From Desulfobacterales bacterium (GTDB lineage Bacteria; Desulfobacterota; Desulfobacteria; Desulfobacterales; UBA5852): DNA of 64,000 nucleotides. The notes under the pieces were generated by a model. It saw nothing but the letters and a program-made list of their open reading frames with translations. It had not been told where the DNA came from and made no database searches. The stretch spans positions 1,824,001-1,888,000 of the forward strand of contig CAXXVS010000002.1 of the NCBI GenBank assembly GCA_963674755.2, in the 5' to 3' direction. Of this stretch, positions 9,188 through 18,850 are shown piece by piece (position 1 is the first letter of the stretch; every line of letters begins with the position of its first letter). Position numbers and translations under genes: made by a program.

Positions 9188-10075
9188 TTATAATCCCCCG
9201 GCCTGCTTCAAGTATTCAATAACTTTTTTGCGATTCATTTCCTCCGGCTTCACCCGCGTGGGGTAAGGCCGCATGTTCTCGGCCGCCCACAACGGTGTTT
9301 TGCCCCGGATGTTCCGAATATTCACATCCGCCCCGCTTCCTACAAGCAGTTTTACGATTTCATATCGGCCGTCAATGGCCGCCTGGTGAAGAGGCGTCAT
9401 TTTTCCGATATTCTGGGCATTCACATCGGCGCCGGCGTCAATGAGGATTTTAACGATATCCACATTTCCTCTAAAAACGGCGAGGTGCAGGGCAGTTGTT
9501 TTATCGTTCGTTCGAATATTGACATCAGCTCCGTTGTTGATCAGAAATTGGATATAAAAAATTGGGGAGGAGTTTAAAGCGATCATCAAAGGCGTAAAGC
9601 CGATATTATTTCTTGCATTGACATTTGCACCACGTGAAATTATGAATTTGGCAATATCCAAGCGGGTTCTTCCTGAAAGATCATGTAAGGGCGTCCAACC
9701 ATTCTTGTCTACAAAATTAATGTTGATACCTTCAGATACCAGATATTCAGCCATCTCCAAGGAAATACACCATGAGATGGACAAATTCCCAAAATCATTA
9801 ATCGTATTAACAGGAACCCCCTTATCTAATAGCAGTTTAACTACTTGGATATTGTTGGAATAGACCGCCGTATTAAGCAAATCCAGTTTATTTTCCTTAG
9901 CAATTTTCTTTAAATCACAACCCCTTTGAGCCAATTCCATTATTTTTTCATTCTGAGAATTTTCAACGGATAATATTAATTCATTTCTATCATAGCTGCA
10001 TTCATTACCACATACACCTTTATCAGTCGCAACAATGGCAGCCATAATTTGCACTATTATAATAAACACACGCAT
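9188..10075 (-). CDS. Ankyrin-repeat protein with signal peptide; probable Rhs immunity protein
   Basis: Repeated 'G.TPLH.A...G...IVKLL...GADVN'; AT-rich; 14 bp after the Rhs stop. Confidence 0.9.
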   Translation of the reverse strand: MRVFIIIVQIMAAIVATDKGVCGNECSYDRNELILSVENSQNEKIMELAQRGCDLKKIAKENKLDLLNTAVYSNNIQVVKLLLDKGVPVNTINDFGNLSISWCISLEMAEYLVSEGININFVDKNGWTPLHDLSGRTRLDIAKFIISRGANVNARNNIGFTPLMIALNSSPIFYIQFLINNGADVNIRTNDKTTALHLAVFRGNVDIVKILIDAGADVNAQNIGKMTPLHQAAIDGRYEIVKLLVGSGADVNIRNIRGKTPLWAAENMRPYPTRVKPEEMNRKKVIEYLKQAGGL

Positions 10076-10089
10076 TGGGATCCGCCTGC

Positions 10090-13000
10090 TTAGAACGTGA
10101 TTCTTACAAAAAAAATTCCCTGATTTAGCTCATCTATACCGCCAATTTCTACCGGTGAAGCATTATAACCGCTTGAATTGTCATAATTCCCAAAGTAGAG
10201 GCCTCTAATGAAGCCATCAATAATTTTCGCAGGATATTCCATAGGTCCTCCAACAGCGGTTCCACCGTTATAGAGTCTTGCCATTAGGGGCCAATTTAAG
10301 CCAGCGCCATCAACAATATATTTGGCCCATCCGCCGCAGTTCTTTCTTAAAAAACCATATCCATTAAACTGCTTTAGACCATCTCCAAACACGCCGGCAT
10401 AATCTTTGCCTCTTTGATCAAAAGATTGGGCAGCTGCTTTAAATAGCTTTTTCTCTTCCTCAAAGTCCTTTGATATAAGAGTTTTTGAAGCCGATCCACC
10501 TGCAGCAGGATTGATATCCGCCAAAATATTATTTAATTCAACATAGCTCTCTGTAGTTATTAGAGTTAACAGCAAATTACCATCTGAGCCTATTGTTTTT
10601 GGATCAACACTGGCTGGATGGAACGAAAATGTTATCCAGTCATCATATTCCTTTGCATTCATCTCTGGGAAGGCTTTTTTCATAAATTCTTGAGTGATGA
10701 GAAATGTACACCATCTTGATCTATCATTCTTGGAAACGCCCTCACCATCCACATGGAAGGCCAAGTAGACATGACCCGCCACTTTCCATAGCTGATTCCA
10801 AAGGTACTCACCTCCTAGTATATTCAACTTTCGATAAGCCGCATAAGAAATCAAGCCCAATTTATCCGCTGAATTAATGCTGTTATTTAGTACGAAATTG
10901 TATAAATTAATTCCTCCCTGATCATTGATCGGATCGCGATTTAGCCAGCGCCCTCGTAAAGGATTGTAGTACCTAAAACCATAGTAATATAAACCTGTTT
11001 CATTATCAAAGTCTTTTGTGCTGAATCTAATTGAGGCCTCTATATTACCTGAAGCCGATACGGTTCTACCAAATGGATCATAGTCAAATGCGCTTAAAAT
11101 AGTACCGTTTTTTTGATCAACTAACTGCCTTACGTTACCATTTGCGTCAAAGCAGTATGTGTAAGTCACCGATCCATTTGTTGTGCTGAGTAATCCCCCT
11201 ACCCCTCCTGCACCTTGTGGAGTGCCGCTTAAATCTAAGTTCCAGACATGATGTTTTTCTGTCGATTTTCCCTCTTTCGTCATTACAGATTCTTTTATAC
11301 AATTCCATCCAAAATATACCGATCTTGACTCCACTTCCAATTTGTATTGGTTTTTGTCATCGTTAAAAAATTTCTTTATTACCTGTCGACCGAGATAATC
11401 ATAAACATATTCAATACGTTTTTGATTTGAATTCAGGCCTTTGAGTTCAATTGCTATCATCCGGTTTTCACCATCCCATGCGTATCGAAAGCGACCATCT
11501 TCAATAAGATTGCCATCCGCATCGTATAGAAGCGATTCCTCTCTCTGTGAGGAATGCGATATCGCTTCGTACTGGTTCAAAACGTTTGCATGATAATAGG
11601 ACTCCTCGCCACCTACGATGGTCTTTACTCGGTTGCCGATCGAGTCATAGTGATAAACCCGCTCCAAGTCGGGCAGCGGCTTGGTTTGATCCTTCAAATC
11701 CTCACCGACGAACCGGCTTGCCTCAGTCACCTCGTTGCGTTCGTTGTAACCGTAAAGCCAAAACCCAGGCGCATCAAAGGCCTCCCCGCTGGACTGAACA
11801 TTGATGCGGCGTCCCAAAGGGTCATAGTCGTAAACGAAGCGTGAGATCAGGCGATCTTTGAAGCGGTTTGTAACGGCAGTTTTGACATCCCGGTGCGGTT
11901 CGTAATCGTAACTGACTGAAAGACCGCTCTTGCTCTCCATGCCGGCCAGACGATCGGACTGGTCCAGATAGCGGTAGGAAACGCCGCCGGTTTCCGTGCC
12001 GGTGCACCAGTCAACTCTGCCAAAACGTCCATTGTCATCATAGCCATAAAAGACTTCGTATCCGTCATCGAGCTCGAAGCCGCTCATTCGTCCCAGATCG
12101 TCATAGTGTCGGTTGATCTGATAGATCTGCTGCCCGACGAGTCCTTCGCTTTCAAGCTGCAAGCTAGCATTGTAAGCAAAATGGTGGATCCCGGCCGCAT
12201 CGCTCACCCTTATCTTGCGGCCCAGCCGGTCGTACGCAAAGACGATATCGGCGGTGTCATCGGAATAGTCGATCTTGAGAAGATCCCCGGTAGCGGGATC
12301 ATAGTGATAGACTGTCTCCAAGGGCCGGCCGTTCTTTCGCCGGGCCCAGACACGGCTGGCCAGTGCGCCGCCTTGACCGTAAGTGTAACGGGTTTTGTTC
12401 CCCCGGGCATCCTCCTTGGCCAGCAGGAGGCCCGTGGCTGGATGATAGTGCCAACGGGTCGGATCCCCCGGTCCTGCATCTTCGGGCCAGGAGGCACTAT
12501 CCCATCCCGAACCATCCCGAAAAGTGCGCATCTCCGCCATTTGCCCATAATCGTCATAGCGGTAGGCCACCGGATAGGGCACTTCCCCCCAGGTGCGGAT
12601 CAATTGTCCGCGGGCATTGTAGGCGTATCGCGTGACCTTGTTGAGGGGGTTGTAGGCGGCAATTTTGTGGCCTGTATCGGGATCGTATTCGAAGCGGGTG
12701 CGGCTGCCGGCCGCATCTTCAATGTATGCCGGGCGTCCTCCTTCGTCGTATTGCAGACGCGAGATGCCCTTGCGGGGATCTTCCACCGCGATACGCCGGC
12801 CCAGGACATCGTATCCGAATGTCCGCGTGATGCCGGTTTTGGTGATCGCCGCGGCCAGACGGCCGTCTACGAAGACCGCTTGAGACGGGAGAGAAGTATC
12901 GGGGGAAAAGATCTTCTGAATCCTCGTGTGTTTGAACCGGTCCAGGGATACCACCGTCCGTGCGGCATTGCCGTGGATGTCGACCGCCACCTGTTCGGCC

Positions 13001-15699
13001 ACGATCCCGTTCCTCCATCCGGTCAGCCGCTGCCTTTGGATGGAAACGGTGGTCTCGATCGCACTCCCCTCCCGGGCCAGAACGCCGTCCTCCAGCTGCC
13101 GCCACCAAGCGCCGTCGATTTCACGGTAGCCTGCCTTGCTGGTGGCAATCCTGTCGGGGGAGGCCGGAACCAGTTTGTCGTTGCCGTCCACATCCAGGCC
13201 GGTCATGGTCCTGTGCCCCAGACTGTCATAGACGTAAAGGGTAGCGGCTCTACCGGGGGATTCGATTCGGATCAAGCGTCCTTTGTCGTCATAGATGCTG
13301 CGGGTGGCCTCGACGCCCTCAAATCCGGGTTTCTCTACTCGCACCACCCGACCGGCGAGGTCCCGAACGGTTTTCTCCCAACGGGGAGAATCCGCTTTGC
13401 CCATATAGACCGTGGTCCACTGATGCCCGTCAGGATCAACCCCATAGCGATAGGTGCGCGCCACCACGGCCGTGCCGCTCAACGACCGAACCCGGCCGTC
13501 CAGATGATAGGCGGTAATTTCGGTTGCCCCCCCGGGCCGGATGGTGGTGGCGACATTGCAGGCATGCGTGTAGCGGGTCACCAAGCCGGCCGGATCGACT
13601 TGCGCGATCAACCGGCCGGCACGGTCATAGCGGCTTTTTTGTGTCAGACGGAGTCCTTCATTGCTCTGCGTGGTGGTCAGCTGGCGGCCGGCCGCATCGT
13701 AGGTTAAGGAGGTCGCCACACCGGTGGCGTCGTTGACCCGGGAGACCAGCCGCTTGAGGTCGTCATAGATAAAGCGGGTAGTGATGCCCTCGATGTTGGT
13801 TTCACTCGCCTTGCCGCAGCAGCCCCAGGCACTCTCGGTGCGCGTGCCGTTGGCGTGCAGGGTTTCGATGACACGTCCCAGACGGTCGTGGGTATTGAGC
13901 TGCCAGTCAATGCGTTCGAAACCGTTTTCCGCGCAGACGAAAGTCTCTTTGAGCTTGTCCCGCCCCATGGCATCGGTAACGATGGTCTCGCGGATGGTCC
14001 GATAGGGAACCCCCTCCGGGTGCGCTTCCGTGCCGTAGGTTACCGTGGTGCGCCGGGCCAACCCCTTGCCCGGGATAAAACGGCATTTGGAAGGCTCCAT
14101 CGCCAGTTCGAAATGGCCGTTTTCATAAGTGTAGCTGGTCAGGAGTCCATCTTCGCTGCGACGGCGTTTGATTTTACCCGCCTCCGGGCCTTTGGTCCTG
14201 GACGGGTAATAGGAGGTCACCAGCTTCAGATTGGCGGGATGCCCATAAGGTCGGCCCTGGGCCGTTGCCCGCTCCGTAATTTCGGTCAGAGTGCCGTCCG
14301 GCTCCCGGATGGTGGCATGGTAAGTACGCGCAGTTTCAACGCCGCAGACGGTCGCGATCACCTTCCGGGGGCGATGCCGGTCCAATCCGGCGCCCCTGTC
14401 CGCCCCATCCACCGGCGCGTAGCTTGTGGTTTCTACCTTTACAGCCTTCTCCGGCGCATCGAAAGGCGTATCCAGGAAAGGCCTCACCTCCCGAATGATC
14501 CGCCCCTCATCGTCGTAGGCAAACCGCACCCAGTCGCCGTCCGGGTCGATCCGTGCGATCAGTTTGCCGTAGCCCGCTCCCGGTGTGGTTTGATACCGGT
14601 ATCGGGTGACCAGCGCCGCCCCCTCCGGGTCGACGGTCTCGCGGATCCGCTTCTCACCGAATGGAAATTTATGCCGGACCGTTTCTTCAATCCTTACCGG
14701 GACACCGTCGGCACCGGCAATTTCGGTGCGCACCACCCGGTCGCCGGCGCTGTCGAAAGATTCGGCCTTGGATTCGATCCTTAGCCCGTTGCCGGAAACA
14801 AGCGACCAGCCGTGTTCGCTGCTTTCATAGCTGTATAAGAATTCCCGCTTTTTGCCGTTCCGGAATTCGGTGACGGCCAGCTTTTCCACCGTATCACCAC
14901 CGGCATCCGGGTTCTCGATACGCCACACCACCAGGGGCACGGCCGTGGGATCGATGCTGTAGAGACCGTCTTCTGTCTGCGGTCCCCGATAGGCGATGTC
15001 ATAGAAGTGGACCTCATATTTCAGCGGCGAGAAACGCACGAAACTCACGATGACCTGAGGCGTCAGGATCTGCGCGAGCTGATCGTCGCGATAGAGGGCT
15101 TTGACGTCACTGCCGGCGCTGTCGACCACCAGCGCCTCGGGGGTGGAAAGGATTGCAAGGGGCTCTTCCGCATAGAGGAGCAGGCTTCCGGCCGGATGGC
15201 CCTGGGTTCCTGTGCCCAGACTGATACGAACATCCACCGAACCATTGGCGACGGCGCCGGCGCCGGCTGTCGAATCGCACGTACCGCTTTGACCGCCGCA
15301 GCCGCAGCCGATTTCGATACGCTTGGTCTTGGGCGCACATCCATCAGCCGATGCCTGGACCTCGATCCAACCCGTGCCGCTGGTTTCGGACACCACCAGA
15401 AGACCGGTGGCGGCATCGAGCTCAACCGTCAAATCGTCGTCCCGGTCGACGACCTTCCAACCCACATGTTGCCTCAGAGCGGAGGGAAAGGTCTCAGCCG
15501 CAAGCTGACCTTGAGTGCCCGGCGGGAGATAAAACTGCTCCTGACCTTCGATATAGATTCTTTCGATGGCCGCCGATTCGGCGACGATCTCTCCGAAGTC
15601 GACCACGGCATAGACCGAAGATGCCATGACGGCCAATAAAGCGAATGCCAGCAACCCTATGACGACAGTCAGTTTTTTAAAATGCATTTTCATTGGCAT
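10090..15699 (-). CDS. Rhs/YD-repeat polymorphic toxin with N-terminal signal peptide
   Basis: YD repeats, Rhs core 'RFSTKDFDNETGLYYYGFRYYNP..GRWLNRDPI', cleavage motif 'DKLGL', then a ~253 aa variable C-terminus. Confidence 0.95.
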   Translation of the reverse strand: MPMKMHFKKLTVVIGLLAFALLAVMASSVYAVVDFGEIVAESAAIERIYIEGQEQFYLPPGTQGQLAAETFPSALRQHVGWKVVDRDDDLTVELDAATGLLVVSETSGTGWIEVQASADGCAPKTKRIEIGCGCGGQSGTCDSTAGAGAVANGSVDVRISLGTGTQGHPAGSLLLYAEEPLAILSTPEALVVDSAGSDVKALYRDDQLAQILTPQVIVSFVRFSPLKYEVHFYDIAYRGPQTEDGLYSIDPTAVPLVVWRIENPDAGGDTVEKLAVTEFRNGKKREFLYSYESSEHGWSLVSGNGLRIESKAESFDSAGDRVVRTEIAGADGVPVRIEETVRHKFPFGEKRIRETVDPEGAALVTRYRYQTTPGAGYGKLIARIDPDGDWVRFAYDDEGRIIREVRPFLDTPFDAPEKAVKVETTSYAPVDGADRGAGLDRHRPRKVIATVCGVETARTYHATIREPDGTLTEITERATAQGRPYGHPANLKLVTSYYPSRTKGPEAGKIKRRRSEDGLLTSYTYENGHFELAMEPSKCRFIPGKGLARRTTVTYGTEAHPEGVPYRTIRETIVTDAMGRDKLKETFVCAENGFERIDWQLNTHDRLGRVIETLHANGTRTESAWGCCGKASETNIEGITTRFIYDDLKRLVSRVNDATGVATSLTYDAAGRQLTTTQSNEGLRLTQKSRYDRAGRLIAQVDPAGLVTRYTHACNVATTIRPGGATEITAYHLDGRVRSLSGTAVVARTYRYGVDPDGHQWTTVYMGKADSPRWEKTVRDLAGRVVRVEKPGFEGVEATRSIYDDKGRLIRIESPGRAATLYVYDSLGHRTMTGLDVDGNDKLVPASPDRIATSKAGYREIDGAWWRQLEDGVLAREGSAIETTVSIQRQRLTGWRNGIVAEQVAVDIHGNAARTVVSLDRFKHTRIQKIFSPDTSLPSQAVFVDGRLAAAITKTGITRTFGYDVLGRRIAVEDPRKGISRLQYDEGGRPAYIEDAAGSRTRFEYDPDTGHKIAAYNPLNKVTRYAYNARGQLIRTWGEVPYPVAYRYDDYGQMAEMRTFRDGSGWDSASWPEDAGPGDPTRWHYHPATGLLLAKEDARGNKTRYTYGQGGALASRVWARRKNGRPLETVYHYDPATGDLLKIDYSDDTADIVFAYDRLGRKIRVSDAAGIHHFAYNASLQLESEGLVGQQIYQINRHYDDLGRMSGFELDDGYEVFYGYDDNGRFGRVDWCTGTETGGVSYRYLDQSDRLAGMESKSGLSVSYDYEPHRDVKTAVTNRFKDRLISRFVYDYDPLGRRINVQSSGEAFDAPGFWLYGYNERNEVTEASRFVGEDLKDQTKPLPDLERVYHYDSIGNRVKTIVGGEESYYHANVLNQYEAISHSSQREESLLYDADGNLIEDGRFRYAWDGENRMIAIELKGLNSNQKRIEYVYDYLGRQVIKKFFNDDKNQYKLEVESRSVYFGWNCIKESVMTKEGKSTEKHHVWNLDLSGTPQGAGGVGGLLSTTNGSVTYTYCFDANGNVRQLVDQKNGTILSAFDYDPFGRTVSASGNIEASIRFSTKDFDNETGLYYYGFRYYNPLRGRWLNRDPINDQGGINLYNFVLNNSINSADKLGLISYAAYRKLNILGGEYLWNQLWKVAGHVYLAFHVDGEGVSKNDRSRWCTFLITQEFMKKAFPEMNAKEYDDWITFSFHPASVDPKTIGSDGNLLLTLITTESYVELNNILADINPAAGGSASKTLISKDFEEEKKLFKAAAQSFDQRGKDYAGVFGDGLKQFNGYGFLRKNCGGWAKYIVDGAGLNWPLMARLYNGGTAVGGPMEYPAKIIDGFIRGLYFGNYDNSSGYNASPVEIGGIDELNQGIFFVRITF

Positions 15700-15824
15700 A
15701 TCAACGGGTTTAGTGAGTATTCAGTCTGCAGTTGCAAAAACGATCAACCCTGTAGAACGCAGGGCGCAACGGATGCCGTACCCTTGGAAACTCCGTCCGG
15801 AGCGTTCCATGGATGACAGCTTTG

Positions 15825-15839
15825 GCAATTAACGTACCA
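15825..15839 (-). promoter_or_regulatory. Putative sigma54 (-24/-12) promoter of the rhs gene
   Basis: Minus strand TGGTAC-GTTAA-TTGC versus consensus TGGCAC-N5-TTGC, ~125 bp upstream of the start. Confidence 0.65.
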
Positions 15840-16217
15840 ATATTGCTGCCTTGTGATTTCAATATGTTAGAGCAGTGCGATGCGCGCGACTGCCTCAATA
15901 GCAGTGCATTGCACCCTTAAAAGTGTGCGGTGCTTCTCGGGGTTTCATTGGATGATGGCGGTGAAAGGGGAATGGGATCTGAGATGACATCGGTGCCGCT
16001 TTGAACCGGACCGGGCTCGATAGAGCAGGGGCTGCACCGTGGCTCCGCCCACGACATCACCAGGGGAAGGGTTACGGTCCTCTGTCGGGCCGTCTTTATC
16101 TAACGCGGATTATCAAATTGGTTCAGGGGGCGTAATGTATTCCGCGTCAATCAGCGTTCAGGACATGCCGTTCCATGTCTTTGTTCGCGATCTTTGCGGC
16201 TTTAAGGGAACATGGAC

Positions 16218-16256
16218 AAAAAATCCGGCCTCCTCGGGCCACCAAGGAGCCGGTTT
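16218..16256 (-). terminator. Intrinsic terminator homologous to the riboswitch expression platforms
   Basis: Hairpin plus U-tract; about 33 of 37 positions match 1969-2005 by eye. Confidence 0.7.
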
Positions 16257-16258
16257 AC

Positions 16259-16356
16259 GAAACGACCCCGCCGCAGAGCAGCGGGACATCGATCAAGGCG
16301 AGCTAGCGTCGCAAACGGTGGGGCATTAAACCCTCGTCCGTCGCTGGCGGATTAAA
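16259..16356 (+). mobile_element. Short non-autonomous palindromic element (IS200/IS605-end-like MITE), copy 1
   Basis: gaccccgccgcagagcagcggg...ggggcattaaaccc...ggattaaa aligns over ~98 bp with 36225-36322. Confidence 0.6.
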
Positions 16357-16391
16357 ACAAAGTGGCCAGCCCCGGGGATTCGGCTTAACAG

Positions 16392-16559
16392 CTAAAACAA
16401 GCCATCGGGCTGGTCCGTGTGATCAGCCTGTGACGTCTCTGCGTCCCCTTCCTGGGCCAACGCCTTTTTTTCCAGCCGGCGCTGCATCTTTCTTTCCTGT
16501 TTTTCTCTTCTCTTCATATCTTTCTCGCGCTTTTTAAAGGTTTCCTGGGGTCTTGCCAT
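16392..16559 (-). CDS. Small basic protein (55 aa) downstream of csp; absent from the ORF track
   Basis: MARPQETFKKREKDMKRREKQERKMQRRLEKK...; GAGGTG RBS upstream. Confidence 0.7.
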   Translation of the reverse strand: MARPQETFKKREKDMKRREKQERKMQRRLEKKALAQEGDAETSQADHTDQPDGLF

Positions 16560-16596
16560 GGCGTCACCTCGCAGACCGGTTGACGGTTATTGCACT

Positions 16597-16635
16597 AAAA
16601 GAAAAAGGCATTCCCCCAGTGGGGAAATGCCTTTC
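16597..16635 (-). terminator. Intrinsic terminator after csp
   Basis: aaaggcattcccc-cagt-ggggaaatgccttt hairpin with U-tract on the minus strand. Confidence 0.8.
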
Positions 16636-16651
16636 CACTTGATACGAAACG

Positions 16652-16852
16652 TTAAGCTATGGTGACATTCGTCGCCGAAGGACCCTTCGGTCCCTGGGTG
16701 ATGTCAAAAGACACCTGATCGCCTTCTTTGAGGGATTTAAAGCCGGTCGCGTTGATTCCCGAATGGTGCACAAACACGTCCGGACCGTTCTCCTGCTCAA
16801 TGAAGCCGAAACCTTTTTGGTCGTTAAACCACTTGACAGTTCCATCAGCCAT
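16652..16852 (-). CDS. csp: Cold-shock protein
   Basis: '[15 protein letters not shown]' (RNP1) and 'DVFVHHS' (RNP2); AGGAGG RBS. Confidence 0.97.
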   Translation of the reverse strand: MADGTVKWFNDQKGFGFIEQENGPDVFVHHSGINATGFKSLKEGDQVSFDITQGPKGPSATNVTIA

Positions 16853-17406
16853 AATCGCATCCTCCTTTCAAAAGAATTTCAATGTTCCTGCCTGGAGGGT
16901 GCCACTATAAAAATGGAGTTTCCTTCAGAGAGTAACCGTTCCGGCTATATATGGTAGGATATATGAGGCGGAGCTTGCTTGATGACAGACAACATAACCC
17001 CTATCCCGGACAATAGCAAGGTAATAAGCGATTATATTTTGCACCAATGCGATTATGACGACAGGTAGAAGAATATCTATGGCTTTCATATCCCGCGATA
17101 TAACAGGAAGAAAACAGACAGCCGGCAACCCCGCCGGGGACCTTCAAACGGACTTTGGATGACTCTATGGTATTGCAATTTGGCGACAGAAGCCTATTGT
17201 CTCTGCGTTGGCAAAATCTTGATAGCGCATCGCGCCAGGGTCGGCCGGCTCCACCCGGCACATTCAGGGTCAGGGAAAGCCCTGTGTTGCAGAGATATGC
17301 CCGCTATCATTTATTGCGATAAAAAGGGGAAGCCCGGCGCGCGCTGCCGGGAATAGCAACGTGTCGGCCAGCCCCTGCCGTCCAAGGATAAGAAAGGTCA
17401 AATAAC

Positions 17407-18465
17407 ATGAGTAAGCTGTTTTCACCGTTCAAGCTGGGCAGCATCGAATTCAAAAACCGCATTTTCGTATCCCCCATGTGCCAATACTCCAGCCGGGACG
17501 GGTTGCCCGCCGATTGGCACCTGGTCCACCTTGGCAGCCGGGCGGTGGGGGGCGCCGCCCTGGTAATGGTAGAGGCCACGGCGATCTCGCCGGAAGGGCG
17601 CATATCGCCGTTTGACAGCGGCATCTGGACCGACGAACACGCGCAGCGATTTGAGCGGATCACCCGTTTCATCAAGCAGCAGAACAGCATACCGGCCATC
17701 CAACTGGCCCATGCCGGCCGCAAGGCCTCTACCGATGTCCCCTGGCAAGGCGGCCGTCCCCTAAACGAGGATGCCGATGGCTGGCAGACCATCGCCCCCA
17801 GCGCCATCCCGTTTGACGACAGTGACCCGGTTCCCCGCGAAATGTCCGCTGGCGACATCGACGCTGTCGTCGATCAGTTCGTTTCCGCTACGCGCCGCAG
17901 CCTCGCCGCCGGGTTCCAGGTAGCCGAGGTGCATATGGCTCACGGCTACCTGCTGCATGAATTTTTGTCCCCCCTGTCGAATAGGCGCACAGATCGTTAT
18001 GGCGGTTCCCTCGGAAACCGGATGCGCCTTCCGCTGGAAGTGGCCCAGGCCGTGCGAAACGTATGGCCCCGAGAGCTTCCCTTGTTCGTGCGTATTTCCA
18101 GCACCGACTGGGTCGAAGGCGGGTGGGACCTGGAACAGTCCATCGAGTTGTGCAAACAACTGAAAAAGGTGGGAATCGACCTGATCGATTGCTCCAGCGG
18201 CGCGCTGGTGCCTTATGCCAAAATCCCGGCCGGCCCCGGATTCCAAACCCCCTTTGCGGCCGCGATCCGACAGGCCGCCGGCATTGCCACCGGAACGGTG
18301 GGGCTGATCACCAGCCCCCAGCAGGCCGAACAGATTGTGGCGACCGGCCAGGCCGATGTCGTGCTCCTGGCCCGCGAAATGCTGCGCGACCCCTATTGGC
18401 CGCTGCATGCCGCCAAAGCGCTTAAAACCGAGGTCGCCTGGCCTGTGCAATATGAACGGGCGTAG
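17407..18465 (+). CDS. NADH:flavin oxidoreductase (old yellow enzyme, YqjM/NamA-like)
   Basis: 'SPMCQYS', 'QLAHAGRKAS', 'HMAHGYLLHEFLSPLSN.R.D.YGGS'. Confidence 0.95.
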   Translation: MSKLFSPFKLGSIEFKNRIFVSPMCQYSSRDGLPADWHLVHLGSRAVGGAALVMVEATAISPEGRISPFDSGIWTDEHAQRFERITRFIKQQNSIPAIQLAHAGRKASTDVPWQGGRPLNEDADGWQTIAPSAIPFDDSDPVPREMSAGDIDAVVDQFVSATRRSLAAGFQVAEVHMAHGYLLHEFLSPLSNRRTDRYGGSLGNRMRLPLEVAQAVRNVWPRELPLFVRISSTDWVEGGWDLEQSIELCKQLKKVGIDLIDCSSGALVPYAKIPAGPGFQTPFAAAIRQAAGIATGTVGLITSPQQAEQIVATGQADVVLLAREMLRDPYWPLHAAKALKTEVAWPVQYERA

Positions 18466-18595
18466 GATTAGCACTGAAACATCTTAAGGAAATGGTTTTT
18501 GGGACGATTAGCGCTACAGGCGTTGCTGATAAGGGCAGGGCCGGCAGCCCGCGCCTTTCAAACGGTCTTCAAGAGAATATCCGGCAGGAACCCGC

Positions 18596-18850
18596 ATGAA
18601 AGAACGCGTTCTCTATGTTGATGAGGTTAAGAAAAGACATCCGGAAAGCGTCCGGATGATTCTTACAGGTCATGCCGATTTAGAGGCGGCGATTGCCGCA
18701 ATCAATAAAGGCAAAGTGTTTCGCTTTATCCAAAAGCCGTGGGATGATGATAAGCTGAAAGCGGAAATTGCCGCCGCACTTGAGTATCACGAAGCAATAT
18801 CAGGCCTGCGGCTGCTTGGCGAAAAAGGAGTGGAAGCCGCCCTGATTAAG
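18596..18850 (+). pseudogene. Truncated response-regulator receiver fragment
   Basis: Only the C-terminal half is present ('RMILTGHAD..AAIAAINKG.VFRFIQKPWD'); lacks the phosphoacceptor region and runs into the convergent gene. Confidence 0.6.
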
